DNA of 64,000 nt from Octopus sinensis (taxonomy: Eukaryota), in the NCBI RefSeq assembly GCF_006345805.1, contig NC_043007.1, positions 72,726,001 through 72,790,000 of the forward strand. The letters are read 5' to 3'. The position numbers and the translations under genes are program-made. The first letter of the stretch is position 1, and every line of letters starts with the position of its first letter. Shown here one piece after another: positions 25,280-37,784 of this stretch. The notes under the pieces are model-generated. The model was not told the DNA's origin, did no database searches, and saw nothing but the letters and a program-made list of their open reading frames with translations.

Positions 25280-27240
25280 CCATTAAAGTTCCGGACAGGT
25301 ATCCAATACCTAGCCTACACGATTTCTCATCATCATTTCACGGCTGCACAACTTTTTCTAAGGTAGACCTCGTAGACGATATTCCTAAGACAGCCATCAT
25401 CACTCCTTTGGGTTCATTCGAATTTCTGTCCATGCCTTTTGGACTCAGGAATACGACAAGCACATTCCAGAGGTCTATCAACGATGTTGTTCGTGGTTTG
25501 CATTTCGTCTTTGCTTATATCGATGATCTGCTTATCGCAAGTTCTATTACAGAAGAACACATCCAACACTTAACACTGCTATTTCAACGTCTATCTATGT
25601 ACGAAGTGAAGATAAACCCCACCAAATGTCTTTTTTTGGTTCTTCCTCTATGGAATTTTTTGGACATCTCATAGACAGCCATGGAATTCGTCCTCTGCCC
25701 GAGAAAATTCAAGTAATACAGTGTTTAGCTCATCCTACTTTTGTTCGCCAGCTACGCCAATTTCTAGGAATGATAAACTTCTACCGGCGTTTCATTCCAC
25801 ATTGTGCTGGGAAACTGGCTCCTCTAAGGCACTGTTGCAAAAGAGAAAAAAAGAACAATGAAATTATTTCCCTTCCACCGTCACAGCCACAGGCTTTTGA
25901 GACAATGAAAGATGAGATAGGACATGTTTCTTTTGTTAGCCTATCCAGTACAGAATGCTCAGCTGTTACTTTCAGTTGATGCATCCGATTCTGCTGTAGG
26001 TGCTGTTCTACAACAAACCTATCACGAAACGCGACCTTTGTCATTCTTTTCTCAATAACTTAACCCTGCTGAAACTCATTACAGCACCTTTAATAGAGAA
26101 CCTCTAGCTATGTACCCAGCTGTTAAATATTTTTATCACTTTTCAGAGGGTCATGAATTCACCATATTCACTGACCACAGGCCACTCACGTTCGCTGTGC
26201 TATCGAAGACCAACAAACATTTGCCTTGAGAAAGTCAACAGTTGGATTTCATATCGCAGTTTACTTGTGATATTTCACATGCAGCCGGAATAAATAAGTC
26301 AGTCGCCGATGCTTTATCCAGACTTCCTATTTGTACTTTATCTGAGCACCACCAGAAACATGTTTTCAACGCTTTGCACTCGCTCTCTCATCCTGGCACC
26401 TCTGCATCAGTAAAACCAATTTCGGCCCCATTCTTCTGGATGAATATGCGTTGGCATATTACCGCATGATCTCGGAATTGCCAGCAGTGTCAGCGTTCGA
26501 AGATACATAGACAGATTTGAGCACTGTTTGACACTTTCAAACAAACAGATGCTTGTTTTTAACATAATCGGTCCTTCGTCTGTCAGAAATGGATTCACTT
26601 ACATATAGACCACTTTACGTGCTGGCCGGAGGCTGTTCCTTCATGTGATATTGCAGCAGTCTGTGGCCCAAGTTCTCATAACCACTCGGTGTTACCTTAC
26701 AGATCACAACTGACCGCGGCAGACAATTTGAGTCGCAGCTATTTGCAGAACTGTCAAATTTGTTGGGTGTTAAGCACACCCGCAACACCAGCTACCACCC
26801 GGAATCTAATGGGATGGTAGAACGATTTCATCGTCAACTCAAAGCTGCACTGGGATCCTATTCAGATTCTCACCGCTGGAGTGAGTACCTTCCTGTTGTT
26901 CTTTTGGGCTGTAAATCCTCTGTTAAAGAAGATCTCAGTTTTACGCCTGCAGAACTACTTTACGGCAAGCCTTTGTCACTCCTGGGTCAAATGTTTACCC
27001 CTTGGATTTAGCTGCTCAAGCTATCGAGTCCTCATAAAGACTGACAAACTTTTTTACCATAGACGTCAATGGCAAAAAAGAAACAGTCTCTATTGACAAG
27101 GTGAAACGTACTTTTGCTGAAGCCCTCATTCCAGGACCAAACGGCCCCTCCATTTTACACTACAAAATACTGCAGACACCACATCTCCACCTCCACCAGC
27201 ACCAACAACGCAGTAATCTACCCCTTCATCTTCTCATATC
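25280..27240 (+). mobile_element. Second Ty3/Gypsy pol remnant (RT-RNaseH-integrase), heavily decayed
   Basis: PDRYPIP, MPFGLRNTTSTFQR, FAYIDDLLIAS, FLGMINFYRRFIP, YHPESNGMVERFHRQLKAAL. Confidence 0.9.
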
Positions 27241-27299
27241 ACCACCACATGTAATGGCTGCAAAGTCCACTGGCCTGAAAAAAACTATGCACTAAGAGA

Positions 27300-27790
27300 A
27301 ATGAATATAAGATCCTATGGGATTTTGCTATTTAATGTGACTCTCTAATTGATGTTCAGAGACCAAACATTGTTGTAGTAAATAAAAACAAAAAAGGAAA
27401 CTAAGGTCATATATATTGCCATACCTGGAGATGCATGCATAGGTGACAAAAAGCTGGAAAAGGTGGAGAAATACGAACTACTAAAAGACAAAAGTGCAAG
27501 AATATGGGCAATGAGGAGAGTAGCTATTATCCCAGGAGTGAAATGTCAGAGAAATTGGATTTGACATGAGGGCAGAGCAAGCCCCCAAAACTGCGCTATT
27601 GGAAACAAATAGGATTTTGAGATTGATGCTTGGGTGTTGAGTGTCTTTCAGAATAGTTAACATTCAAGCACCAGGTCTTATCATTTGTGGACAGAGGCCC
27701 TTTAAGACCCCTAACAACAGGTTACTGTCTGCTCTCACAGAATCAACCAGAGTAACTAAAATTGAGAGAAATAAAAGAATAAGAATAATC
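27300..27790 (+). mobile_element. 3' end of an R4/Dong-like (REL-endonuclease) non-LTR retrotransposon
   Basis: KILWDF...RPNIVVV...IYIAIPGD...KLEKVEKY...KTALLETNRILR (PD-(D/E)xK REL domain), followed by an (AAGAAT)-type tail. Confidence 0.7.
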
Positions 27791-28000
27791 CTTTCTGCAA
27801 TAGGCACAAGGCCTGAAATTTTGGGGGAGGGGACCAGTAGATTACATTGAAACCAGTGTTTCACTGGTACTTAATTTATCGACCTTGAAAGGATAAAAGG
27901 CAAAGTTGACTTCAGTGGGATTTGAACTTAGAATGTAGTAATGAGCGAAATACTGCAAAGTATTTTGGCCCACATAATAACAATTCTGCCAGCTCATTGC
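27788..28000 (-). mobile_element. Family-B SINE
   Basis: Reverse complement of the head (TTCTGCCAGCTC) and the core (GGTACTTAATTTATCGACC). Confidence 0.75.
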
Positions 28001-28119
28001 TCTATTAATAATAATGATAATAATAAATGTATGTATGTATTTATGTATATGTATGTATGTATGTATATATATGTGTATGTATGTATGTATGTATATATAT
28101 GTGTATATATGTATGTATG

Positions 28120-28166
<47 letters not shown>

Positions 28167-28267
28167 TTATATATACAAAGAGAAAGTTTACGAAAATAAA
28201 CAAAGGACGAAGGCAGGTGGTGTACAACAAACAGATGTATTAGTATAGCGCTCAGGAATAGAAAAAG

Positions 28268-28305
28268 TCTTTTACGTTTCAAGCATACGCTCTTCGACAG
28301 AAAGA
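28268..28305 (-). ncRNA. Minimal hammerhead-like motif in a Penelope-type terminal repeat (~28170-28400)
   Basis: Minus strand TCTTT-CTGTCGA-A-GAGC-GTAT-GCTT-GAAACGTA-AAAGA. Same family as 18604-18641. Confidence 0.45.
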
Positions 28306-28469
28306 TACACAGAAAAAAAACAAGGAGAGAAACAAGGAGAGAAAAAAATGTGTGTAGTAGCTAACGATCTATCATGACATTTCACTTCGGACAGAATGAT
28401 CAGACAGGAGAGGGGAAGTAGGGGAGATAACAAGGTCAAGATGACCTCCAATATAATTATATATACAGT

Positions 28470-29960
28470 TTGGTTTTGTGCTAGAGAGAAGCACCACTGA
28501 TGCTATATTCCTGGAAAAGTAGTTGCAGGTGAAGTACCAAGTCAAAAATAAACCTCTGTACTTGGCTTTTGTTGAGATGGAGAAAGCCTTCAACAGGGTC
28601 CCCTGCTCCCTTATCTGGCGGTCAGTGCAGAAACTAGGGATAGATAAGTGGTTGGTTAGATATGTGCAAGCCGTGTAGAATGATGCTGTCAGTAAAGTGA
28701 GGGTTGGCAACGAGCACAGCAATGAATTCAGGGTACAAGTAGGAGTTCACCAAAGATTAGCCCTCCACCCCCTCTTGTTCATTGTCCTCCAGTTAATAAC
28801 AGAGGAATTTAAGATGGGCTGCCTCTTGGAGCTCCTCTATGCTGATAACCTTGTTCTTATAGCTGAATCACTACTAGAACTAGAGAAGAAATTTCAGGCA
28901 TGGAAGCAAGGTCTAGAATCAACGAGCCTTGGAGTTAACTTAGCAAAAATCAAAGTCTTAGTAAGTATTAAAACAGGCAAATCACAAATCCCTTCAGAAA
29001 GGTGGCCCTGCTTGATATGTAGAAAAGATAGAAAATCCATAAGATGTACCCTGTGCAAGCTATGGACACGTAAGAGATGCAGCAATATCAGAGGAAGGTT
29101 GACAGAGAAGACAGCCTTTGTGTGTGGTAGATGTACAGGTACAATAAACACTAGAAACGTACAGAAAACAGACTCTATCAAATGTCAGGGGGATCCCTAG
29201 AAGTAGTTGATAGCTTCCATTATCTAGGTGACCAAGTCAGCAGCAAAGGTGGATGCCCCAAGAGCATAGATGCTAGAATAAGAATAGGCTGAGCAAAGTT
29301 CAGAGAGCTCTTACTTTTGTTGGTAACAAAGGGCCTCTTCCTCAGAGCGAGAGACAGATTGTATGATGCCTGTGTGCGAGTAACAGTGTGCTACAGTGAA
29401 ACATGGACTGTGTTTGCAGAGGACATATGAAGGCTTGACAGGAATGAAGTTATAGTTCACTGAGTGTGCAATGTCAGTGTGCATGCATGGCAGGGTTTAA
29501 GCATCTTGAGAGAAAAAAGTTGGGCATAACAGGCATCAGATGTAGTTTACAAGTGAGACAATTGCACTGGTATAGTTATGTGATGCATATGGACAAGGAC
29601 AACTGTGTAAAGCAGTGCCAATCTCTGTGGAGGGAACCTGTGGAAGAGGTAGACCCAGGAAGACTTGGGATGAGATGGTGAAGCATGATCTCACAGAACC
29701 ACTGTGATTGACAAGATTTTTCAAATGAAATTGTAGTTGTGGCTGGTGTCAGTGACATGTAAAAGCACCCTTGCTGGTGACATGTTAAAGGCACCCACTA
29801 CACTCTTGGAGTGGTTGGCATTAGGAAGGGCATCCAACTGTAGATACCTAGGCAAAATCAGACTGGTACCTGATACAGCTCTTTGGCTTACCAGTTCCAT
29901 TCATACCAGCTAACCCATGCTAGCATGGAAAGCAGATACTAAATGGTGATGATGACGATA
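28470..29960 (+). mobile_element. 5'-truncated RTE LINE (RT + Cys-rich finger + 3' UTR tail)
   Basis: STTDAIF...KPLYLAFVEMEKAFNRVP; VGVHQRLALHPLLFIV; LLYADNLVL; WPCLIC...CTLCKLWTRKRCS...FVCGRC. The 3' end is GAGTGGTTGGCATTAGGAAGGGCATCC...CCATGCTAGCATGGAAAG...(GAT)n. Confidence 0.88.
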
Positions 29961-29976
29961 ATATTATATATATATA

Positions 29977-30353
29977 TTCTTTTACTTTTTTCAGTCATTT
30001 GACTGTGGCCATGCTGGAGTGCTGCCTTTAGTCAAACAAATTGACCCCAGGACTTATTCTTTGTATGCCTAGTACTTATTCTAGTAGTCTCTTTTGCCGA
30101 ACCATTAAGTTACAGTGATGTAAACACACCAACATCGGTTGTCAAGCAATGGTGGGGGAACACACACAGACACACAAACAGACACACACACACACATATA
30201 TTTGAGTTTCCGTCAACCAAATCCACTCACAAGGCTTTGGTTAGCCTGAGACTATAGTAGAAGACACTTGCCCAAGGTGCCATACAGTGGGACTGAACCT
30301 GGACCCATGTGGTTGGTAAGCAAGTTACTTACCACACAGCCACTCCTGCACCT
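29977..30353 (-). mobile_element. Family-A SINE
   Basis: Reverse complement of the family-A consensus. Confidence 0.85.
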
Positions 30354-30574
30354 ATATATATATTATATTATATTATTTATATGATTTTTTTCCATTTCAC
30401 TAAAAATTCCTATTATTGATTGTAGAGCTTCCACTGTTAACATTTGCACATATTCGCGCATGCCTCTGTGTGTGTGTGTGTGTGTAAAAGCTTAATCTTA
30501 CCATCTTGCCATTCATCCTGAAATGAAATTGTGGAGAGGATGGAGAAAACTACAAAATTTGGGTTTAAAGCCTT

Positions 30575-30973
30575 ATTCTTTTACTTGTTTCAGTCATTTG
30601 ACTGTGGCTATGCTGGAGCACCACCTTTAGTCGAGCAAATCAACCCCAGGACTTATTCATTGTAAGCCTAGTACTTATTCTATCAGTCACTTTTGCCGAA
30701 CTGCTAAGTTATGGGGACGTAAACACACCAGCATTGGTTGTCAAGCGATGTTGGGGGGACAAACACAAACATACACACACACACACACATACATATATAT
30801 ATACGTAAAAAGCACCCACTACACTCGCGGAGTGGTTGGCGTTAGGAAGGGCATCAAGCCATAGAAACACTGCCAGATCAGACTGGGCCTGGTGCAGCCT
30901 TCTGGCTTCCCAGACCCCAGTTGAACCGTCCAACCCATGCTAGCATGTAAAGCGGACGCTAAATGATGATGAT
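30575..30973. mobile_element. Family-A SINE 3' half (-, 30575-30802) joined to an RTE-tail element (+, 30803-30973)
   Basis: Both consensus motifs are visible, with the junction inside the SINE's internal microsatellite. Confidence 0.8.
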
Positions 30974-30981
30974 ATATACAT

Positions 30982-31013
<32 letters not shown>

Positions 31014-31016
31014 CAT

Positions 31017-34000
31017 ATAATTTCAACAATTGAGGGTAAAATTAATTAATAATTAATCAATTTCACCAAGTATTCAGTATGCAAAGGGACCATTTAAGGC
31101 AAATTCAAATTATTACATTATATAAAAGGGCTTAGTAAATAAATTACTTTGCCGCATACTGAACTCGTTAGAAATAGCAGCTAAAAAAACTATTTCTAAC
31201 ACTTAAAGAAAACCTCTCTCATATAGTGTTTGCTCAATTCAACTCAAGAAAGTATGAGGGTAGAGACATTAAAAAATCAAATGCAAAGGTTATTTGAGTA
31301 CGTACGTTTCAAGATTAGCCAAACTCGACCCTTCTCTCATCAGCTCAGAATGCCCTTGTTTGAATTTGAAAACACTGAAAATGGGAGCATACCCTTTCGG
31401 CTTGTTATCGCTTCTGAAGATCTGTTCCAAACTAACAGTGCCAACAAACTCAAATATGCAAGAGAAAAATTTCTGCTCTCCCCTTTCCACCAGCGTGGGT
31501 TAAAATCAGCAAACACTATGCTTTTTTCGGTAAAATCCGAGACAATTAAGTAGAGAGAGATGAATTATAATTTCAACAATTGAGGATAAAATTAATTAAT
31601 TAATTAATCAATTTCCACCAAGTATTCAGTATGCAAAGGGACCATTTAAGGCAATTCAAATTATTACATTATATAAAAGGGCTTAGTAAATAAATTACTT
31701 TGCCGCATACTGAACTCGTTAGAAATAGCAGCTAAAAAAACTATTTCTAACACTTAAAGAAAACCTCTCTCATATAGTGTTTGCTCAATTCAACTCAAGA
31801 AAGTATGAGGGTAGAGACATTAAAAAACAAATGCAAAGGTTATTTGAGTACGTACGTTTCAAGATTAGCCAAACTCGACCCTTCTCTCATCAGCTCAGAA
31901 TGCCCTTGTTTGAATTTGAAAACACTGAAAATGGGAGCATACCCTTCGGTTGTTATCGCTTCTGAAGATCTGTTCCAAACTAACAGTAGTACCAACAAAC
32001 TCAAATATGCAAGAGAAAAATTTCTGCTCTCCCCTTTCCACCAGCGTGGGTTAAAATCAGCAAACACTATGCTTTTTTCGGTAAAATCCGAGACAATTAA
32101 GTAGAGAGAGATGATGAATTATAATTTCAACAATTGAGGGTAAAATTAATTAATTAATTAATCAATTCACCAAGTATTCAGTATGCAAAGGGACCATTTA
32201 AGGCAAATTCAAATTATTACATTATATAAAAGGGCTTAGTAAATAAATTACTTTGCCGCATACTGAACTCGTTAGAAATAGCAGCTAAAAAAACTATTTC
32301 TAACACTTAAAGAAAACCTCTCTCATATAGTGTTTGCTCAATTCAATTCAAGAAAGTATGAGGGTAGAGACATTAAAAAATCAAATGCAAAGGTTATTGA
32401 GTACGTACGTTTCAAGATTAGCCAACTCGACCCTTCTCTCATCAGCTCAGAATGCCCTTGTTTGAATTTGAAAACACTGAAAATGGAGCATCATACCCTT
32501 TCGGCTGTTATCGCTTCTGAAGATCTGTTCCAACTAACAGTGCCAAAAAACTCAAATATGCAAGAGAAAAATTTCTGCTCTCCCCTTTCTACCAGCGTGG
32601 GTTAAAATCAGCAAACACTATGCTTTTTTCGGTAAAATCCGAGACAATTAAGTAGAGAGAGATGAATTATAATTTCAACAATTGAGGGTAAAATTAATTA
32701 ATTAATTAATCAATTTCACCAAGTATTCAGTATGCAAAGGGACCATTTAAGGCAAATTCAAATTATTACATTATATAAAAGGGCTTAGTAAATAAATTAC
32801 TTTGCCGATACTGAACTCGTTAGAATAGCCAGCTCTAAAAAAAATATTCTAACACTTAAAGAAAACCTCTCTCATATAGTGTTTGCTCAATTCAACTCAA
32901 GAAAGTATGAGGGTAGAGACATTAAAAAATCAAATGCAAAGGTATTTGAGTACGTACGTTTCAAGATTAGCCAAACTCGACCATTCTCTCATCAGCTCAG
33001 AATGCCCTGTTTGAATTTGAAAACACTGAAAATGGGAGCATACCCTTTCGGCTTGTTATCGCTTCTGAAGATCTGTTCCAAACTAACAGTACCACAAACT
33101 CAAATATGCAAGAGAAAAATTTCTGCTCTCCCCTTTCCACCAGCGTGGGTTAAAATCAGCAAACACTATGCTTTTTTCGGTAAAATCCGAGACAATTAAG
33201 TAGAGAGAGATGAATTATAATTTCAACAATTGAGGGTAAAATTAATTAATTAATTAATCAATTTCACCAAGTATTCAGTATGCAAAGGGACCATTTAAGG
33301 CAAATTCAAATTATTACATTATATAAAAGGGCTTAGTAAATAAATTACTTTGCCGCATACTGAACTCGTTAGAAATAGCAGCTAAAAAAAAATATTCTAA
33401 CACTAAAGAAAACCTCTCTCATATAGTGTTTGCTCAATTCAATTCAAGAAAGTATGAGGGTAGAGACATTAAAAAATCAAATGCAAAGGTTATTTGAGTA
33501 CGTACGTTCAAGATTAGCCAAACTCGACCCTTCTCTCATCAGCTCAGAATGCCCTTGTTTGAATTTGAAAACACTGAAAATGGGAGCATACCCTTTCGGC
33601 TTGTTATCGCTTCTGAAGATCTGTTCCAAACTAACAGTGCCAAAAAACTCAATATGCAAGAGAAAAATTTCTGCTCTCCCCTTTCTACCAGCGTGGTTAA
33701 AATCAGCAAACACTATGCTTTTTTCGGTAAAATCCGAGACAATTAAGTAGAGAGAGATGAATTATAATTTCAACAATTGAGGGTAAAATTAATTAATTAA
33801 TTAATCAATTTCACCAAGTATTCAGTATGCAAAGGGACCATTTAAGGCAAATTCAAATTATTACATTATATAAAAGGGCTTAGTAAATAAATTACTTTGC
33901 CGCATACTGAACTCGTTAGAAATAGCAGCTAAAAAAACTATTTCTACTACACTTAAAGAAAACCTCTCTCATATAGTGTTTGCTCAATTCAACTCAAGAA

Positions 34001-37000
34001 AGTATGAGGGTAGAGACATTAAAAAATCAAATGCAAAGGTTATTTGAGTACGTACGTTTCAAGATTAGCCAAACTCGACCCTTCTCTCATCAGCTCAGAA
34101 TGCCTTGTTTGAATTTGAAAACACTGAAAGGGAGCATACCCTTTCGATTTCGGCTTGTTATCGCTTCTGAAGATCTGTTCCAAACTAACAGTGCCAACAA
34201 ACTCAAATATGCAAGAAAAAATTTCTGCTCTCCCCTTTCCACCAGCGTGGGTTAAAATCAGCAAACACTATGCTTTTTTCGGTAAAATCCGAGACAATTA
34301 AGTAGAGAGAGATGAATTATAATTTCAACAATTGAGGGTAAAATTAATTAATTAATTAATCAATTTCACCAAGTATTCAGTATGCAAAGGGACCATTTAA
34401 GGCAAATTCAAATTATTACATTATATAAAAGGGCTTAGTAAATAAATTACTTTGCCGCATACTGAACTCGTTAGAAATAGCAGCTAAAAAAACTATTTCT
34501 AACACTTAAAGAAAACCTCTCTCATATAGTGTTTGCTCAATTCAACTCAAGAAAGTATGAGGGTAGAGACATTAAAAAATCAAATGCAAAGGTTATTTGA
34601 GTACGTACGTTTCAAGATTAGCCAAACTCGACCCTTCTCTCATCAAGCTCAGAATGCCCTTGTTTGAATTTGAAAACACTGAAAATGGGAGCATACCCTT
34701 TCGGCTTGTTATCGCTTCTGAAGATCTGTTCCAAACTAACAGTGCCAACAAACTCAAATATGCAAGAGAAAAATTTCTGCTCTCCCCTTTCCACCAGCGT
34801 GGGTTAAAATCAGCAAACACTATGCTTTTTTCGGTAAAATCCGAGACAATTAAGTAGAGAGAGATGAATTATAATTTCAACAATTGAGGGTAAAATTAAT
34901 TAATTAATTAATCAATTTCACCAAGTATTCAGTATGCAAAGGGACCATTTAAGGCAAATTCAAATTATTACATTATATAAAAGGGCTTAGTAAATAAATT
35001 ACTTTGCCGCATACTGAACTCGTTAGAAATAGCAGCTAAAAAAACTATTTCTAACACTTAAAGAAAACCTCTCTCATATAGTGTTTGCTTGCTCAATTCA
35101 ACTCAAGAAAGTATGAGGGTAGAGACATTAAAAAATCAAATGCAAAGGTTATTTGAGTACGTACGTTTCAAGATTAGCCAAACTCGACCCTTCTCTCATC
35201 AGCTCAGAATGCCCTTGTTTGAATTTGAAAACACTGAAAATGGGAGCATACCCTTTCGGCTTGTTATCGCTTCTGAAGATCTGTTCCAAACTAACAGTGC
35301 CAACAAACTCAAATATGCAAGAGAAAAATTTCTGCTCTCCCCTTTCCACCAGCGTGGTTAAAATCAGCAAACACTATGCTTTTTTCGGTAAAATCCGAGA
35401 CAATTAAGTAGAGAGAGATGAATTATAATTTCAACAATTGAGGGTAAAATTAATTAATTAATTAATCAATTTCACCAAGTATTCAGTATGCAAAGGACCA
35501 TATAAGGCAAATTCAAATTATTACATTATATAAAAGGCTTAGTAAATAAATTACTTTGCCGCATACTGAACTCGTTAGAAATAGCAGCTAAAAACTATTT
35601 CTAACACTTAAAGAAAACCTCTCTCATATAGTTTGCTCAATTCAACTCAAGAAAGTATGAGGTAGAGACATTAAAAAATCAAATGCAAAGGTTATTTGAG
35701 TACGTACGTTTCAAGATTAGCCAAACTCGACCCTTCTCTCATCAGCTCAGAATGCCCTTGTTTGATTTGAAAACACTGAAAATGGGAGCATACCCTTTCG
35801 GCTTGTTATCGCTTCTGAAGATCTGTTCCAAACTAACAGTGCCAACAAACTCAAATATGCAAGAGAAAAATTTCTGCTCTCCCCTTTCCACCAGCGTGGG
35901 TTAAAATCAGCAAACACTATGCTTTTTTCGGTAAAATCCGAGACATTAAGTAGAGAGAGATGAATTATAATTTCAACAATTGAGGGTAAAATTAATTAAT
36001 TAATTAATCAATTTCACCAAGTATTCAGTATGCAAAGGGACCATTTAAGGCAAATTCAAATTATTACATTATATAAAAGGGCTTAGTAAATAAATTACTT
36101 TGCCGCATACTGAACTCGTTAGAAATAGCAGCTAAAAAAACTATTTCTAACACTTAAAGAAAACCTCTCTCATATAGTGTTTGCTCAATTCAACTCAAGA
36201 AAGTATGAGGGTAGAGACATTAAAAAATCAATGCAAAGGTTATTTGAGTACGTACGTTTCAAGATTAGCCAAACTCGACCCTTCTCTCATCAGCTCAGAA
36301 TGCCCTGTTTGAATTTGAAAACACTGAAAATGGGAGCATACCCTTTCGGCTTGTTATCGCTTCTGAAGATCTGTTCCAAACTAACAGTGCCAACAAACTC
36401 AAATATGCAAGAGAAAAATTTCTGCTCTCCCCTTTCCACCAGCGTGGGTTAAAATCAGCAAACACTATGCTTTTTTCGGTAAAATCCGAGACAATTAAGT
36501 AGAGAGAGATGAATTATAATTTCAACAATTGAGGGTAAAATTAATTAATTAATTAATCAATTTCACCAAATATTCAGTATGCAAAGGGACCATTTAAGGC
36601 AAATTCAAATTATTACATTATATAAAAGGGCTTAGTAAATAAATTACTTTGCCGCATACTGAACTCGTTAGAAATAGCAGCTAAAAAAACTATTTCTAAC
36701 ACTTAAAGAAAACCTCTCTCATATAGTGTTTGCTCAATTCAACTCAAGAAAGTATGAGGGTAGAGACATTAAAAAATCAAATGCAAAGGTTATTTGAGTA
36801 CATACGTTTCAAGATTAGCCAAACTCGACCCTTCTCTCATCAGCTCAGAATGCCCTTGTTTGAATTTGAAAACACTGAAAATGGGAGCATACCCTTTCGG
36901 CTTGTTATCGCTTCTGAAGATCTGTTCCAAACTAACAGTGCAACAACTCAAATATGCAAGAGAAAAATTTCTGCTCTCCCCTTTCCACCAGCGTGGGTTA

Positions 37001-37784
37001 AAATCAGCAAACACTATGCTTTTTTCGGTAAAATCCGAGACAATTAAGTAGAGAGAGATGAATTATAATTTCAACAATTGAGGGTAAAATTAATTAATTA
37101 ATTAATCAATTTCACCAAGTATTCAGTATGCAAAGGGACCATTTAAAGCAAATTCAAATTATTACATTATATAAAAGGGCTTAGTAAATAAATTACTTTG
37201 CCGCATACTGAACTCGTTAGAAATAGCAGCTAAAAAAACTATTTCTAACACTTAAAGAAAACCTCTCTCATATAGTGTTTGCTCAATTCAACTCAAGAAA
37301 GTATGAGGGTAGAGACATTAAAAAATCAAATGCAAAGGTTATTTGAGTACGTACGTTTCAAGATTAGCCAAACTCGACCCTTCTCTCATCAGCTCAGAAT
37401 GCCCTTGTTTGAATTTGAAAACACTGAAAATGGGAGCATACCCTTTCGGCTTGTTATCGCTTCTGAAGATCTGTTCCAAACTAACAGTGCCAACAACTCA
37501 AATATGCAAGAGAAAAATTTCTGCTCTCCCCTTTCCACCAGCGTGGGTTAAAATCAGCAAACACTATGCTTTTTTCGGTAAAATCCGAGACAATTAAGTA
37601 GAGAGAGATGAATTATAATTTCAACAATTGAGGGTAAAATTATTAATTAATTAATCAATTTCACCAAGTATTCAGTATGCAAAGGGACCATTTAAGGCAA
37701 ATTCAAATTATTACATTATATAAAAGGGCTTAGTAAATAAATTACTTGCCGCATACTGAACTCGTTAGAAATAGCAGCTAAAAA
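31017..37784 (-). repeat. 550-bp tandem array, left arm: 12 full units + ~170 bp; hammerhead on the minus strand
   Basis: The unit start ATAATTTCAACAATTGAG recurs at 31017, 31567, 32121, 32669, 33217, 33764, 34319, 34871, 35425, 35967, 36516, 37065 and 37615. Confidence 0.97.
31288..31355 (-). ncRNA. Type I hammerhead ribozyme (representative left-arm copy; 12 copies in this arm)
   Basis: Reverse complement GGGCATTCTGAG-CTGATGA-GAGAAGGGTCGAGTTTGGCTAATCTT-GAAA-CGTACG-TA-CTCAAATAACC. Confidence 0.8.

Noticed and set aside
31165-31200. GTTAGAAATAG...CTATTTCTAAC hairpin in each unit as a second ribozyme
   Set aside because: It is a real 11-bp stem, but there is no CUGANGA/GAAA core on either strand around it.
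31230-31553. 107-aa ORF repeated in array units (MLNSTQES...REKFLLSPFHQRGLKS...)
   Set aside because: It has a TTG start, no recognisable domain (only faint resemblance to a GIY-YIG C-terminus) and is antisense to the hammerhead. It cannot be fully excluded because the frameshifts in other units may be sequencing errors.
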